From an archaeon (GTDB lineage: Archaea > Nanobdellota > Nanobdellia > Pacearchaeales > GW2011-AR1), in the NCBI GenBank assembly GCA_030639065.1, contig DAOWDJ010000008.1, positions 1 through 38,623 of the forward strand: 38,623 nt of DNA. The letters are read 5' to 3'. The notes below the pieces were generated by a model, which was not told where the DNA came from, searched no databases, and was given only the letters and a program-made list of their open reading frames with translations. Positions 16,204 to 24,655 of this stretch are shown in pieces; the first letter of the stretch is position 1, and the number at the start of each line of letters is the position of its first letter. Position numbers and translations under genes: made by a program.

Positions 16204-16788
16204 ATGGAATTACAAAAAAAAACTGTAAACTATTTTAAAAAGTTTCGGGAGTTTATGCGAAAAGATAGTTGGCCGTCATTTGTTGTGACATTATTATTAG
16301 CATTTGTGATTATTAAATTTATTTTCTTTCCTGGATTGTCGCTAATCACTGGTACAAGTTTGCCGTTGGTGATTGTCGAGTCATGTTCTATGTATCATCA
16401 TGATGCTGGATTTGAGAATATTTTTTCTGGTTCAGTTTATGATAACTATGAGCTAACGCTAGAAGACACTGACAACTGGATTTTTCAAAATGGATTCAGT
16501 AAAGGAGATGTTATCTTTGTGGTTGGTGCTAATAATATTGAAGTCGGCGATGTAATTATTTTTAACGGTGGGACGTCCCATCCGATAATCCATCGTGTTG
16601 TTGAAGTTGATGGGAATGCATATACGACGAAAGGTGATAATAATCTTGGTGTTTATCATTTTGATAAAAATATACCTAACGATGCAGTTGTTGGGAAAGC
16701 TTTGTTTAAAGTGCCATTTATAGGGTGGGCTAAGTTGATTTTTTTTGAGCCTGGACGAAAACCTGAAGATAGGGGCATGTGTAGTTAG
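16204..16788 (+). CDS. Signal peptidase I, archaeal/Sec11 type (S26B)
   Basis: N-terminal TM helix, a Ser box (ESCSM), GDVI, IIHRVV and TKGDNN motifs. Confidence 0.8.
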   Translation: MELQKKTVNYFKKFREFMRKDSWPSFVVTLLLAFVIIKFIFFPGLSLITGTSLPLVIVESCSMYHHDAGFENIFSGSVYDNYELTLEDTDNWIFQNGFSKGDVIFVVGANNIEVGDVIIFNGGTSHPIIHRVVEVDGNAYTTKGDNNLGVYHFDKNIPNDAVVGKALFKVPFIGWAKLIFFEPGRKPEDRGMCS

Positions 16789-16818
16789 TTTTATATATTG
16801 ATATTAATTGAATAATCA

Positions 16819-17127
16819 ATGGAATTTTGTCCAAAATGTGGTGCGCTTCTTATGATGAAAAAGACGAAAGTGGGTTGCCCTAGGTGTGGTTATATCGCAA
16901 AAGGAAAAGTCGATATGAAAGTAAAGGAAGAGGTGCATGAACAGGTGCCCGTTGCAATTATTGATGAAAAAATCGGAAATGTTAATCCTATTACTGATTG
17001 GGATTGCCATAAATGTAAATGCAAAAGAGCATATTTCTGGATTCGACAAATGAGGGCTGGGGATGAAGCCGAATCGAAATTTTATCAGTGTACACAATGT
17101 AAAAACACTGTTAGGGTTGATAACTGA
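16819..17127 (+). CDS. tfs: Transcription factor S (TFIIS/RpoM-like cleavage factor)
   Basis: N-terminal zinc ribbon CPKCG...CPRCG. C-terminal TFIIS-type ribbon CHKCKCKRAYFWIRQMRAGDEAESKFYQCTQCKNTVRV, containing the acidic DE hairpin. Confidence 0.9.
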   Translation: MEFCPKCGALLMMKKTKVGCPRCGYIAKGKVDMKVKEEVHEQVPVAIIDEKIGNVNPITDWDCHKCKCKRAYFWIRQMRAGDEAESKFYQCTQCKNTVRVDN

Positions 17128-17170
17128 TTAAGCATAGTTTTTTAAATTAAATTTTCTCATAGTTTTATAT

Positions 17171-17245
17171 GGCTTCGTAGCTCAGCCTGGTTAGAGCACT
17201 AGACTCTTAATCTAGGTGTCGGGGGTTCAAATCCCCTCGAGGCCA
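17171..17245 (+). tRNA. tRNA-Lys (anticodon CUU)
   Basis: Hand-folded cloverleaf: acceptor GGCTTCG/CGAGGCC, D stem GCTC/GAGC, anticodon stem CTAGA/TCTAG with loop CTCTTAA, T stem GGGGG/CCCCT with loop TTCAAAT, discriminator A. No encoded CCA. Confidence 0.9.
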
Positions 17246-17353
17246 TTTTTATTTTAAAAAATGTGTGGGTCTTTGAACCCAATGATTCAACCTTCGCTTT
17301 GAAAAAGCTCGGCCGAAATCTTGCAGATTTCTAAAAGTTCATAAAGTACTTTC

Positions 17354-17379
17354 AATCCCCTCGAGGCCATTTTTATTTT
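17354..17379 (+). repeat. Orphan duplicate of the tRNA-Lys 3' end plus trailer (att-like direct repeat)
   Basis: aatcccctcgaggccatttttatttt is identical to 17230-17255 (T-loop/T-stem/acceptor 3' strand plus 10 nt of trailer), lying 124 bp downstream. Confidence 0.85.
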
Positions 17380-17392
17380 TATAGAATTAAAT

Positions 17393-17659
17393 TTAAGCGA
17401 CTAACTTCTTTATCGCTTCTATATGTTCTGCGACATCTGTTCCTCTTTTCGTTAGCTTGATAATCTTTATTCGTCCCTTCTTTTCAAAACTAACAAGTCC
17501 AAGCTCTTCTAGAGTTTGTAAAATTTTTACAGCGTGAGAGTATGTACAATCAACTTCTTTTGCTAGTTGAGAACCGTATTTTGCTCGTGATACTTTCTTA
17601 AGAGCTATGAGCATCATTGCTGGCTTTCTTCTGAAAAATAAGTCGAAGTGATCTCCCAT
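17393..17659 (-). CDS. Small winged-helix transcriptional regulator
   Basis: YGSQLAKEVDCTYSHAVKILQTLEELGLVSFEKKGRIKIIKLTKRG fits an HTH-plus-wing pattern. Confidence 0.6.
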   Translation of the reverse strand: MGDHFDLFFRRKPAMMLIALKKVSRAKYGSQLAKEVDCTYSHAVKILQTLEELGLVSFEKKGRIKIIKLTKRGTDVAEHIEAIKKLVA

Positions 17660-17670
17660 TGTATTATTGT

Positions 17671-17689
17671 TTAGAACTATATGTTCTAA
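17671..17689. promoter_or_regulatory. Palindrome TTAGAAC-N5-GTTCTAA between a TATA-like element and the wHTH gene start (candidate auto-operator)
   Basis: Perfect 7-bp arms. Lies 12 nt upstream of the ATG at 17659 (minus strand), with an atatata element immediately upstream. Confidence 0.35.
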
Positions 17690-17784
17690 TGTATATATTG
17701 AAATGATAAATTACTTATAAGTCTTTCTCCGAAAATTCGTCCATCTTTAGTAGGAACAAAATTTAGACCCAGTGACAGAAAATT

Positions 17785-18456
17785 CTAAAGTGGTGACGGT
17801 TGTTTTAAGGAATCATATAATTTTAGATATCCCTTGGCAAAAAGTTCTATTTTGCTCGCTTTGAGTTCAACCTGAGTATTTCCTGATATAATTGATTGCT
17901 TGAATACTTGCACTGGATCGGGGGAACCGATTGCGTTCATTAAATCTGGTTTATTTGTATTAAATTGTAAATCGGCGAATTCGCTAAGCCCTTCATATGT
18001 TTTTATTTCGCTTTTCATCTCAGAATAAAATTCTCTATCGTCTATTTTAAAATTTATAATTGGATTCTTAAATGTTAATGGATTTCTGTGGAGTTCCCAT
18101 GCCCCTATTTCATTTAATAAAAATGATATAAATTCTGGGGTTATCTCGATTTGATCGTGTGGAATCTGATTATTAGAACTTTGGCTACTTGACACCACCT
18201 GACCTGACAATGGGTTCAAAAGTTGTTGTTGTTGGTTTGAAAATATTGCGTAGGCTGAGAAACTAAGGCTGAGAAATAAAATAACTGCCACAAATAAGGT
18301 TATTGCCATCTTCTTCGGACGCTTCAGTTTTGTGATTAATTTATCAGCATAAGCTAGCTTGTATCCTCTTTTTTGGAAACCGGCGAGAATCTCTGCTTTT
18401 GATTTTTTTGCTTTAAATGAATTTTTCGCTCTTTTCATCAACTCTTTTTCATCCAT
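17785..18456 (-). CDS. Membrane-anchored hypothetical protein
   Basis: Basic N-terminus, a single TM helix (ITLFVAVILFLSLSFSAYAIF), a Gln/Ser-rich linker, then an extracytoplasmic domain. Confidence 0.55.
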   Translation of the reverse strand: MDEKELMKRAKNSFKAKKSKAEILAGFQKRGYKLAYADKLITKLKRPKKMAITLFVAVILFLSLSFSAYAIFSNQQQQLLNPLSGQVVSSSQSSNNQIPHDQIEITPEFISFLLNEIGAWELHRNPLTFKNPIINFKIDDREFYSEMKSEIKTYEGLSEFADLQFNTNKPDLMNAIGSPDPVQVFKQSIISGNTQVELKASKIELFAKGYLKLYDSLKQPSPL

Positions 18457-18506
18457 TAGAATTTTTAGAAAGATAGGTTTAAATATATTCTTAATTATTT
18501 TATTTT

Positions 18507-19793
18507 ATGATTGATATTAGACTTATTCGAGAGAATCCCGAATTAGTGAAGGAGAATATTAGGAAGAAATTCCAAGATGAAAAATTAGTATTTGTTGATA
18601 AAGTTATTGAACTTGATACAAAATGGAGAAAAGAAAAAAAGAAGGTTGATGACCTAAGAGCAGAGAGAAATAAGATTTCTGAGTCGATAAATAAGCTAAT
18701 GAAGAATGGGAAAAAGTCTGAAGCTAAGAAACTAATTGTGAAGGCAAAGGAAATCCCGGTAAAGATAGGTAAAATTGAAAAGAATGTGGAGAAACTCGGT
18801 AAAGAGATAAAAGAAATCATGATGACTATTCCACAGATTATTCATTCGTCTGTGCCAGCTGGGAAAAGTGAAGAAGATAATATTGAGTTAGAAAAAATTG
18901 GTGAACCTAAGGTTCCAGCTTATGAGATTTTTAATCATGCAGAATTGGCTGAAAAATTGGGTGGATTGGATTTAGATAGCTCAAGAAAAACATCTGGACA
19001 GGGTTTCTATTATTTAAAGGGAGATATCGCTAGACTTCATTCTGCCATTTTAAGTTATGCTCGAGATTTTATGATAAACAAGGGTTTTGAATATGTTATC
19101 CCGCCATTTATGATTCGTGCTGATGTTGTGACTGGAGTTATGAGTTTTGCCGAAATGGATGCGATGATGTATAAAATTGAGGGCGAAGATTTGTATATGA
19201 TAGGAACTAGTGAGCATTCGATGATTGCCATGTTTAAAGATAGAACTCTAAAAAAGGGTGATGTTCCACAAGCTTTGACTGGTTATTCGCCATGTTTTAG
19301 AAAAGAGAAGGGGGCACATGGAATTGAAGAGAGAGGACTTTATAGACTTCATCAGTTTGAGAAACAAGAAATGATTGTTGTTTGTGAGCCAGAAGAAAGT
19401 TATGATTGGTATGAAAAAATGCTAAATTGGACAGTAGATTTCTTTAAGAGTTTAAATATTCCTGTTCGAAAGCTGGAGTGTTGTTCTGGTGATTTGGCTG
19501 ATTTAAAATCCAAGTCGGCTGATGTAGAAGCATGGAGTCCTAGACAAAAAAAATATTTTGAAGTTGGGAGTTGTACAAATATGGAGGATGCTCAGGCACG
19601 TCGTATGGGGATTAAGATTAATGGTGGAAAGGGGAATTATTTTGCACACACTCTAAATAATACTGTTGTTGCGTCTCCTCGGGCTCTAATTGCATTAATG
19701 GAGAATAACCAATTGAAAGATGGCTCTATTAAAATTCCCAAAGCCTTACAATCTTATATGGGTGAGAAAAAGAAGATAGAGATGAGGGAATAA
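18507..19793 (+). CDS. serS: Seryl-tRNA synthetase
   Basis: N-terminal coiled-coil arm and class II motifs (GYSPCFRKEKGAHG, LHQFEKQE, GSCTN..DAQARR). Confidence 0.95.
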   Translation: MIDIRLIRENPELVKENIRKKFQDEKLVFVDKVIELDTKWRKEKKKVDDLRAERNKISESINKLMKNGKKSEAKKLIVKAKEIPVKIGKIEKNVEKLGKEIKEIMMTIPQIIHSSVPAGKSEEDNIELEKIGEPKVPAYEIFNHAELAEKLGGLDLDSSRKTSGQGFYYLKGDIARLHSAILSYARDFMINKGFEYVIPPFMIRADVVTGVMSFAEMDAMMYKIEGEDLYMIGTSEHSMIAMFKDRTLKKGDVPQALTGYSPCFRKEKGAHGIEERGLYRLHQFEKQEMIVVCEPEESYDWYEKMLNWTVDFFKSLNIPVRKLECCSGDLADLKSKSADVEAWSPRQKKYFEVGSCTNMEDAQARRMGIKINGGKGNYFAHTLNNTVVASPRALIALMENNQLKDGSIKIPKALQSYMGEKKKIEMRE

Positions 19794-19822
19794 TTTAAAT
19801 AATCTGGATTGTTTAATTCATT

Positions 19823-19945
19823 ATGGTAAGGAAGAAAACATGTGTGCATGGAAAGACGAAATCTGGCACGTGTAAGAAGAAACCGGGGCCAAAAAAAAAG
19901 GTGACCAAATCCAAGAGGGGATGGGGTCGCTCTTATGGATATTGA
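19823..19945 (+). CDS. Possible 40-aa highly basic two-Cys peptide (unannotated, speculative)
   Basis: Hand translation: MVRKKTCVHGKTKSGTCKKKPGPKKKVTKSKRGWGRSYGY*. It lies in a locally GC-richer patch and overlaps the start of the next ORF by 11 nt. Confidence 0.25.
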   Translation: MVRKKTCVHGKTKSGTCKKKPGPKKKVTKSKRGWGRSYGY

Positions 19946-20390
19946 TTTTTTGTTGGATATATTTGTTAGATTGCTTACTGCTGGCATCGGACTTACTTCT
20001 GTGATTATTCTCTTTAAAACTATTAGTAATAATGTTTCTTTGAATAAACAAAATATCCTTAATGGGTTGGTTAAGCAAGAAACTGAGATTAGGATTAAGC
20101 TTAACGAATACCGAAGGGAGATACATAATGTGAAACTCGCGGGCGAAGACTGGAGAGAAATTCCGTTGGATTATGATACTCTTCTTTTCAATTATTATGA
20201 ATATGTTTCTATTTGTGTGTATAAAGAACTTATTGTGGAAGAAGATGCTAAACGATATTTTGGGAGCTTACTTGTCTATGTTAAGGAACAATTTGATGAC
20301 TCTATTTTATTTAAGGAAGAATACGCTGAGAAAGAGCAATATCTTGGATTACAATGGTTGTTCGAAAGATGGAATATCGTTAAAGCATAA
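19935..20390 (+). CDS. Hypothetical protein with an N-terminal TM helix (DUF4760-like by recollection)
   Basis: TM helix LLTAGIGLTSVIILF, then a helical domain with LLFNYYEYVSICVYKELIVEEDAKRYFG. The family call is tentative. Confidence 0.5.
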   Translation: MDIDFLLDIFVRLLTAGIGLTSVIILFKTISNNVSLNKQNILNGLVKQETEIRIKLNEYRREIHNVKLAGEDWREIPLDYDTLLFNYYEYVSICVYKELIVEEDAKRYFGSLLVYVKEQFDDSILFKEEYAEKEQYLGLQWLFERWNIVKA

Positions 20391-20420
20391 TTTTATAAAT
20401 CGTTATTGAGATTAATGTTT

Positions 20421-20579
20421 ATGACAGATAATAATGTGTCGATGCCGACCGGATTTGGCGGGTTGATGAGATATAAGGAAGAATATAATTCTAAATTGAA
20501 ATTTGGACCTGGCGTGGTTGTTGCAATGATTATAGCAGTAATTGTTCTTGTTGTTGGGCTTCGAATTCTCTATACTTAA
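20421..20579 (+). CDS. secG: Preprotein translocase subunit Sec61beta (archaeal SecG); below the ORF-track size cutoff
   Basis: Hand translation: MTDNNVSMPTGFGGLMRYKEEYNSKLKFGPGVVVAMIIAVIVLVVGLRILYT*. Shows the conserved G(L)xRY.eE motif followed by a single C-terminal TM helix. Confidence 0.7.
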   Translation: MTDNNVSMPTGFGGLMRYKEEYNSKLKFGPGVVVAMIIAVIVLVVGLRILYT

Positions 20580-20580
20580 T

Positions 20581-20907
20581 ATGTTTCCTGGAATGAACGC
20601 TGGTCAGATGGCTGGAATGATGAAGAAGATGGGTATTGCTCAGATACAACTCCCGGTTAGGAAGGTTATTTTTGAAATGGATGATGGCAATCTGGTCATT
20701 GAAGAACCCTCTGTTTTAAAGATTAAAATGCAGGGACAAGAAACATATCAGGTTTCTGGTGAGGCTATTGAAGAATCCACTGAAGTTTTTAGCGATGAAG
20801 ATGTTAAGATGGTTGTTTCACAAACTGAAAAAAGTGAAGACGAGGTTAGAAAAGCTTTAGAAGATAGCGAGGGAGATATAGCTGAAGCTATTATGGAATT
20901 GAAGTAA
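20581..20907 (+). CDS. nac: Nascent polypeptide-associated complex protein (NAC plus UBA domain)
   Basis: MMKKMGI, a NAC beta-barrel region and a C-terminal UBA-like segment (EDEVRKALEDSEGDIAEAIMEL). I prefer the ATG at 20581 to the TTG at 20542 in the track. Confidence 0.85.
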   Translation: MFPGMNAGQMAGMMKKMGIAQIQLPVRKVIFEMDDGNLVIEEPSVLKIKMQGQETYQVSGEAIEESTEVFSDEDVKMVVSQTEKSEDEVRKALEDSEGDIAEAIMELK

Positions 20908-20953
20908 TTTTAATCACGATAATCAATATAAAGGATTCTTTAGTTTTTAGTAT

Positions 20954-21418
20954 ATGGATTGGAGAGCAGATTTTATTGAGGCGAAATATCATTTGACTGT
21001 GGCGAAAAGAATGATGAGGGGATATATTGAATACCCCGAAAAGAGATTTTTGATTGGTGTAATAAATGAATCGTCAAAGTCTGCTTCTAGCTTAATTCGT
21101 GCATTTTTGATTTATGAGCAAATGAATATTGTTGGAAATAAATTTTTGGTGAAAAATAACAAAAAAGAACTCGGATTGGAGGATTTTTTCAAAATAGCAT
21201 CGAAATATTTAGAAATAACAACTTATGAAAATTTAATGAAAATATTCGAAATAAAAAAGGCGCGGAAAATTTCTCCTATTGAACTAGCGAAGGGAGAAAA
21301 GATTATTCTATTGATTGAAGGAAAATATCGTGTTTTGACAGTCACACGAATTAATGAGTTTATAGATTCGATACGTGATGGGATTATTGCGTTTCCTGGA
21401 AATGTTCGGCAGGTATAA
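20954..21418 (+). CDS. Hypothetical helical protein
   Basis: Intact 154-aa ORF. The N-terminal pattern A.YHL.VA....(..)..FLIGVI..S..SA..LI.AFL weakly resembles the next ORF. Confidence 0.5.
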   Translation: MDWRADFIEAKYHLTVAKRMMRGYIEYPEKRFLIGVINESSKSASSLIRAFLIYEQMNIVGNKFLVKNNKKELGLEDFFKIASKYLEITTYENLMKIFEIKKARKISPIELAKGEKIILLIEGKYRVLTVTRINEFIDSIRDGIIAFPGNVRQV

Positions 21419-21461
21419 AAAGGTAAATAACTTCTGGTTTCTTACACAAAAGGAATGAATC

Positions 21462-21905
21462 ATGATTGAAGAAATTATTAAGGAGAAAACAAGCGCCGAT
21501 CATCTTCTGTATGTAAGCTTAAAATATACAAAGACCTGTGATGTGATTTTGAACTTATTGGCGCGATGGAAAAGTTTGATTGAGATTAGTTTTGACGCTA
21601 TTCTAGAGAATAAGGTAGAAAGTGGGAAAATCCCTGCTATGCCAACTAATCCTAAACAAAGGATTGAATTTATAAAAAAATATTTTGCCAAGGATGCAGC
21701 TGTGCAAGATGTAATTCCATTATATATTTTCTTTAAGAGAGTACCTGATTTAAATAAGACTAGAAGTGGAGAATTTAGAAAAAATGTTAACTTAAAAGTT
21801 ATTGGAACGAAGAAAACGACTGATATTAATATGGAAAAATTGGGGGAGTATTACGAGATAGTTGAAAAATTTATTAGTGAAGTCAAAAAAATTCTAGGGA
21901 ATTAA
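21462..21905 (+). CDS. Hypothetical helical protein (possible distant paralog of 20954-21418)
   Basis: Intact 147-aa ORF with N-terminal ADHLLYVSLKYTKTCDVILNLL...SFDAIL. Confidence 0.5.
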   Translation: MIEEIIKEKTSADHLLYVSLKYTKTCDVILNLLARWKSLIEISFDAILENKVESGKIPAMPTNPKQRIEFIKKYFAKDAAVQDVIPLYIFFKRVPDLNKTRSGEFRKNVNLKVIGTKKTTDINMEKLGEYYEIVEKFISEVKKILGN

Positions 21906-22036
21906 TCTGAATAAAGCTTATAAAGTGATTTTTTCTGATAATTACAAGTTTATTTAGAATGAAAGCGAAGATAGAACAAACTTTTTTAAATTAAAACAAA
22001 AATGGCTCTCAAAGAGTACCAGTATAAAAAAAAATA

Positions 22037-22789
22037 ATGGCAAGAATAATCGTTGTAAATTCGGGAAAAGGTGGGGTTGGTAAAACAACTACCGCAATTA
22101 ACTTAGGAGCTTCATTGAATAAGTTAAATAAAAATGTTATTATAGTTGATGCAAATCTAAATACTCCTAATATCGGATTGCAGCTTGGTGCGCCTATTGT
22201 GCCAGTAACATTAAACCATGTATTAAAGGGTAAGGCTGATATCGAAGATGCAATCTACGAACACTCTTCTGGAACTAAAATTGTACCATCTTCACTATCT
22301 ATTAAAGAATTAACAAAATTCAATACAAAAAGGCTCCCTGAAATTGTAAAAAAATTAGCTACACTTTGTGACTATGTTATTGTCGATTCTGCTGCTGGGT
22401 TTGGGGAAGAAGTTATTGCGGTTTTAAGTGTCGCTGACGAAATTATTATAATTACTAATCCTGAAATGCCTGCGGTGACGGATGCATTGAAAGCTGTTAA
22501 GGTGGCCCGACAGATGGGAAAAGAAATTAATGGAGTTATCGTTACTCGACATACACAGGCTAAATATGAAATGCCTTTGTCATCTATTAAATCTATGTTA
22601 GAATCTCAAATTATAGGGGTTATACCTGAAGATAAGGCGGTTAAAGAAGCTTTAAATTTAAGAGATGCAGTTTGTCATACACACCCAAAAAGTAGGGTTT
22701 CGAAAAAATATTACGAAATTGCTAGGAAGGTTTCTGGCGAAAAAGTAGAAGAAAAAAGAAAGCTTTTGGAAATAATTTTTGGATTATAG
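22037..22789 (+). CDS. minD: MinD/ParA-family P-loop ATPase
   Basis: Deviant Walker A SGKGGVGKTT, Walker B-like VIVDSAAG, and a typical archaeal MinD length. Confidence 0.85.
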   Translation: MARIIVVNSGKGGVGKTTTAINLGASLNKLNKNVIIVDANLNTPNIGLQLGAPIVPVTLNHVLKGKADIEDAIYEHSSGTKIVPSSLSIKELTKFNTKRLPEIVKKLATLCDYVIVDSAAGFGEEVIAVLSVADEIIIITNPEMPAVTDALKAVKVARQMGKEINGVIVTRHTQAKYEMPLSSIKSMLESQIIGVIPEDKAVKEALNLRDAVCHTHPKSRVSKKYYEIARKVSGEKVEEKRKLLEIIFGL

Positions 22790-22798
22790 TTTTGAGTT

Positions 22799-24553
22799 TT
22801 AACCTACGATGCTTCCGACTTCTATATCTTGATCCGGAGAAATTAAAGAAACCTTTGTGTGGTCTTTGTTTGAAGCTGCTAAAAGCATACCTTTTGATTC
22901 AATACCTCGTAGTTTTCTCGGCTTTAAATTGGCTACAATAATTATTTTCTTGCCTTTAAGTTCTTTAGAAGAGTAGAATTCTTTTATCCCTGCACAAATT
23001 GTTCTTCCGTCTTCTCCATCATTAAGTATTAATTTGTAAAGTTTATCAGCTTTAGGAATTTCCTCTACCTTTTGAATTTCTGCTACTCGCAAGTCTATTT
23101 TTTCAAAATCGTCAAAATTAATTGTTGTTACGCCTTCCATAATTTCTTTTGGTTCTTCTGATTTATTAAGGTTTTGTTTTGGAATGTCAATTTTCTCAAA
23201 TAAAATTGGTGCTTTTTTTATTTTGTCGCTTTTGAATACTTGAGAAATTTTTTCTGCAGATTCTGGAATAAACGGGAATAATAATCTTGCTATTTCTTTT
23301 ATAGAATAAACCAGCTGATAAAGAATCTTTTTATCATGCGTTTCCCATGGTTTTTTTGATTGAATAAATTCGTTACATATATCTATAAATGCAAATATTT
23401 CATTGAGAGCTTTATCTGTTTTGAATTCCTCAAAGTATTTTTCTATTTCTTTAAGTTTTAGTTTTTTTATTAGTGTGTTTGTTGTCCTTTCTGTTCCGTA
23501 TTTTTCAGCTAAAGCAGATGTTCTTGAAACTAAGTTGCCTAATTTGTTCGCAAGTTCATTATTGTGTCGTTCAATTAGAATTTGTTCGGAGAAATCTGAA
23601 TCCTCCAAAACCGAACATCGTAATAGGGCATATCGGACTGTGTCTGCCCCATATTTTTCTGTTAGAATTATGGGATTTATTACATTGCCTAGAGATTTTG
23701 ACATTTTTTGTCCCGCTAAATTAATGTATCCGTGAACTAGGAGTTTTTTTGGAAGTTCGATTTTAGCTGACATTAATAGAGCTGGCCAAATTACTGAATG
23801 GAACCAATTAATTCCCTTTCCAATTACATGAACATCGGCTGGCCATCTTTCTTTTGCTCCAGATAGATAATTAATTAGAGCGTCTACCCAAACATATACT
23901 TTGAAATTTTTATCTCCTGGGAAGTCTATTCCCCATTCTGCACCCGCCCGACTGATGCATAAATCATTTAGGGGTTCTTTTAGCCTTGAGGTGATTTCGT
24001 TCTTTTTTTCTTTTGGAGTAATATAGTTTTCTGCAAATTTAATTAATTTCTTTTGATATTTCCCTAGTTTAAAAAAATACGCTGATTCTTTTCTGTGTTC
24101 TGGAATTCGGTTGTGTTCTGGACATTTTCCGTCGATCAAATCTCTCTCTGTCTTGAAAGATTCGCAGCCTACACAATATTCACCTTCATATTCACCCTTG
24201 TAAATATCTCCATTGTCAATAATTTTCTGTATTACTTCTTCAACAACTTCTGTGTGTTCTTTTGCTGTAGTTCTTATAAATTTATCATAACCTATGTTTA
24301 GAATTTTGCAAAGATTAATGAACGATTGAGTATTTTGGTTTATGAATTTTTTTGTTGGTAATCCTGCAGCCTCTGCTGCTTGAACATTTTTCTGGGCATT
24401 TTCATCTACTCCGGTTAGGAAGAAAACTTCTTTCCCTTGAAGCCTATGCCATCTTGCGATTGTGTCGGTTAGAATTTTTTCGAAGGCGTGACCTATGTGT
24501 GGTTCTGCATTCACGTAATCTATTGCTGTTGTTATATAAAATTTTTCTTTCAT
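22799..24553 (-). CDS. metG: Methionyl-tRNA synthetase with a C-terminal tRNA-binding (Trbp111/EMAPII-like) domain
   Basis: HIGH-type motif (PHIGHA), a zinc knuckle (CVGCE...CPEH), KMSKS, and a C-terminal OB domain (DLRVAEI...K.L....DGE). Confidence 0.95.
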   Translation of the reverse strand: MKEKFYITTAIDYVNAEPHIGHAFEKILTDTIARWHRLQGKEVFFLTGVDENAQKNVQAAEAAGLPTKKFINQNTQSFINLCKILNIGYDKFIRTTAKEHTEVVEEVIQKIIDNGDIYKGEYEGEYCVGCESFKTERDLIDGKCPEHNRIPEHRKESAYFFKLGKYQKKLIKFAENYITPKEKKNEITSRLKEPLNDLCISRAGAEWGIDFPGDKNFKVYVWVDALINYLSGAKERWPADVHVIGKGINWFHSVIWPALLMSAKIELPKKLLVHGYINLAGQKMSKSLGNVINPIILTEKYGADTVRYALLRCSVLEDSDFSEQILIERHNNELANKLGNLVSRTSALAEKYGTERTTNTLIKKLKLKEIEKYFEEFKTDKALNEIFAFIDICNEFIQSKKPWETHDKKILYQLVYSIKEIARLLFPFIPESAEKISQVFKSDKIKKAPILFEKIDIPKQNLNKSEEPKEIMEGVTTINFDDFEKIDLRVAEIQKVEEIPKADKLYKLILNDGEDGRTICAGIKEFYSSKELKGKKIIIVANLKPRKLRGIESKGMLLAASNKDHTKVSLISPDQDIEVGSIVG

Positions 24554-24655
24554 ATAACTTGACTTAAAAAAAGATTATTAAAGTTTGCCATTTTGTATTT
24601 TTGTACCAATTTTATATGTCGCTATGTTTTTATATGGTATTTTGTACAATATTGT

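Noticed and set aside
24593-24655. N-terminal extensions of track ORFs: 24593 for the MFS gene, 36311 for the phosphoesterase, 20542 for NAC, 38522 for the zinc-ribbon gene, and 82 for polB.
   Set aside because: The extensions start at non-ATG codons or run through promoter-like or antisense sequence and encode implausible Phe/Cys/Tyr-rich peptides. Internal ATGs with sensible N-termini were preferred, and polB is instead open back to nt 1.
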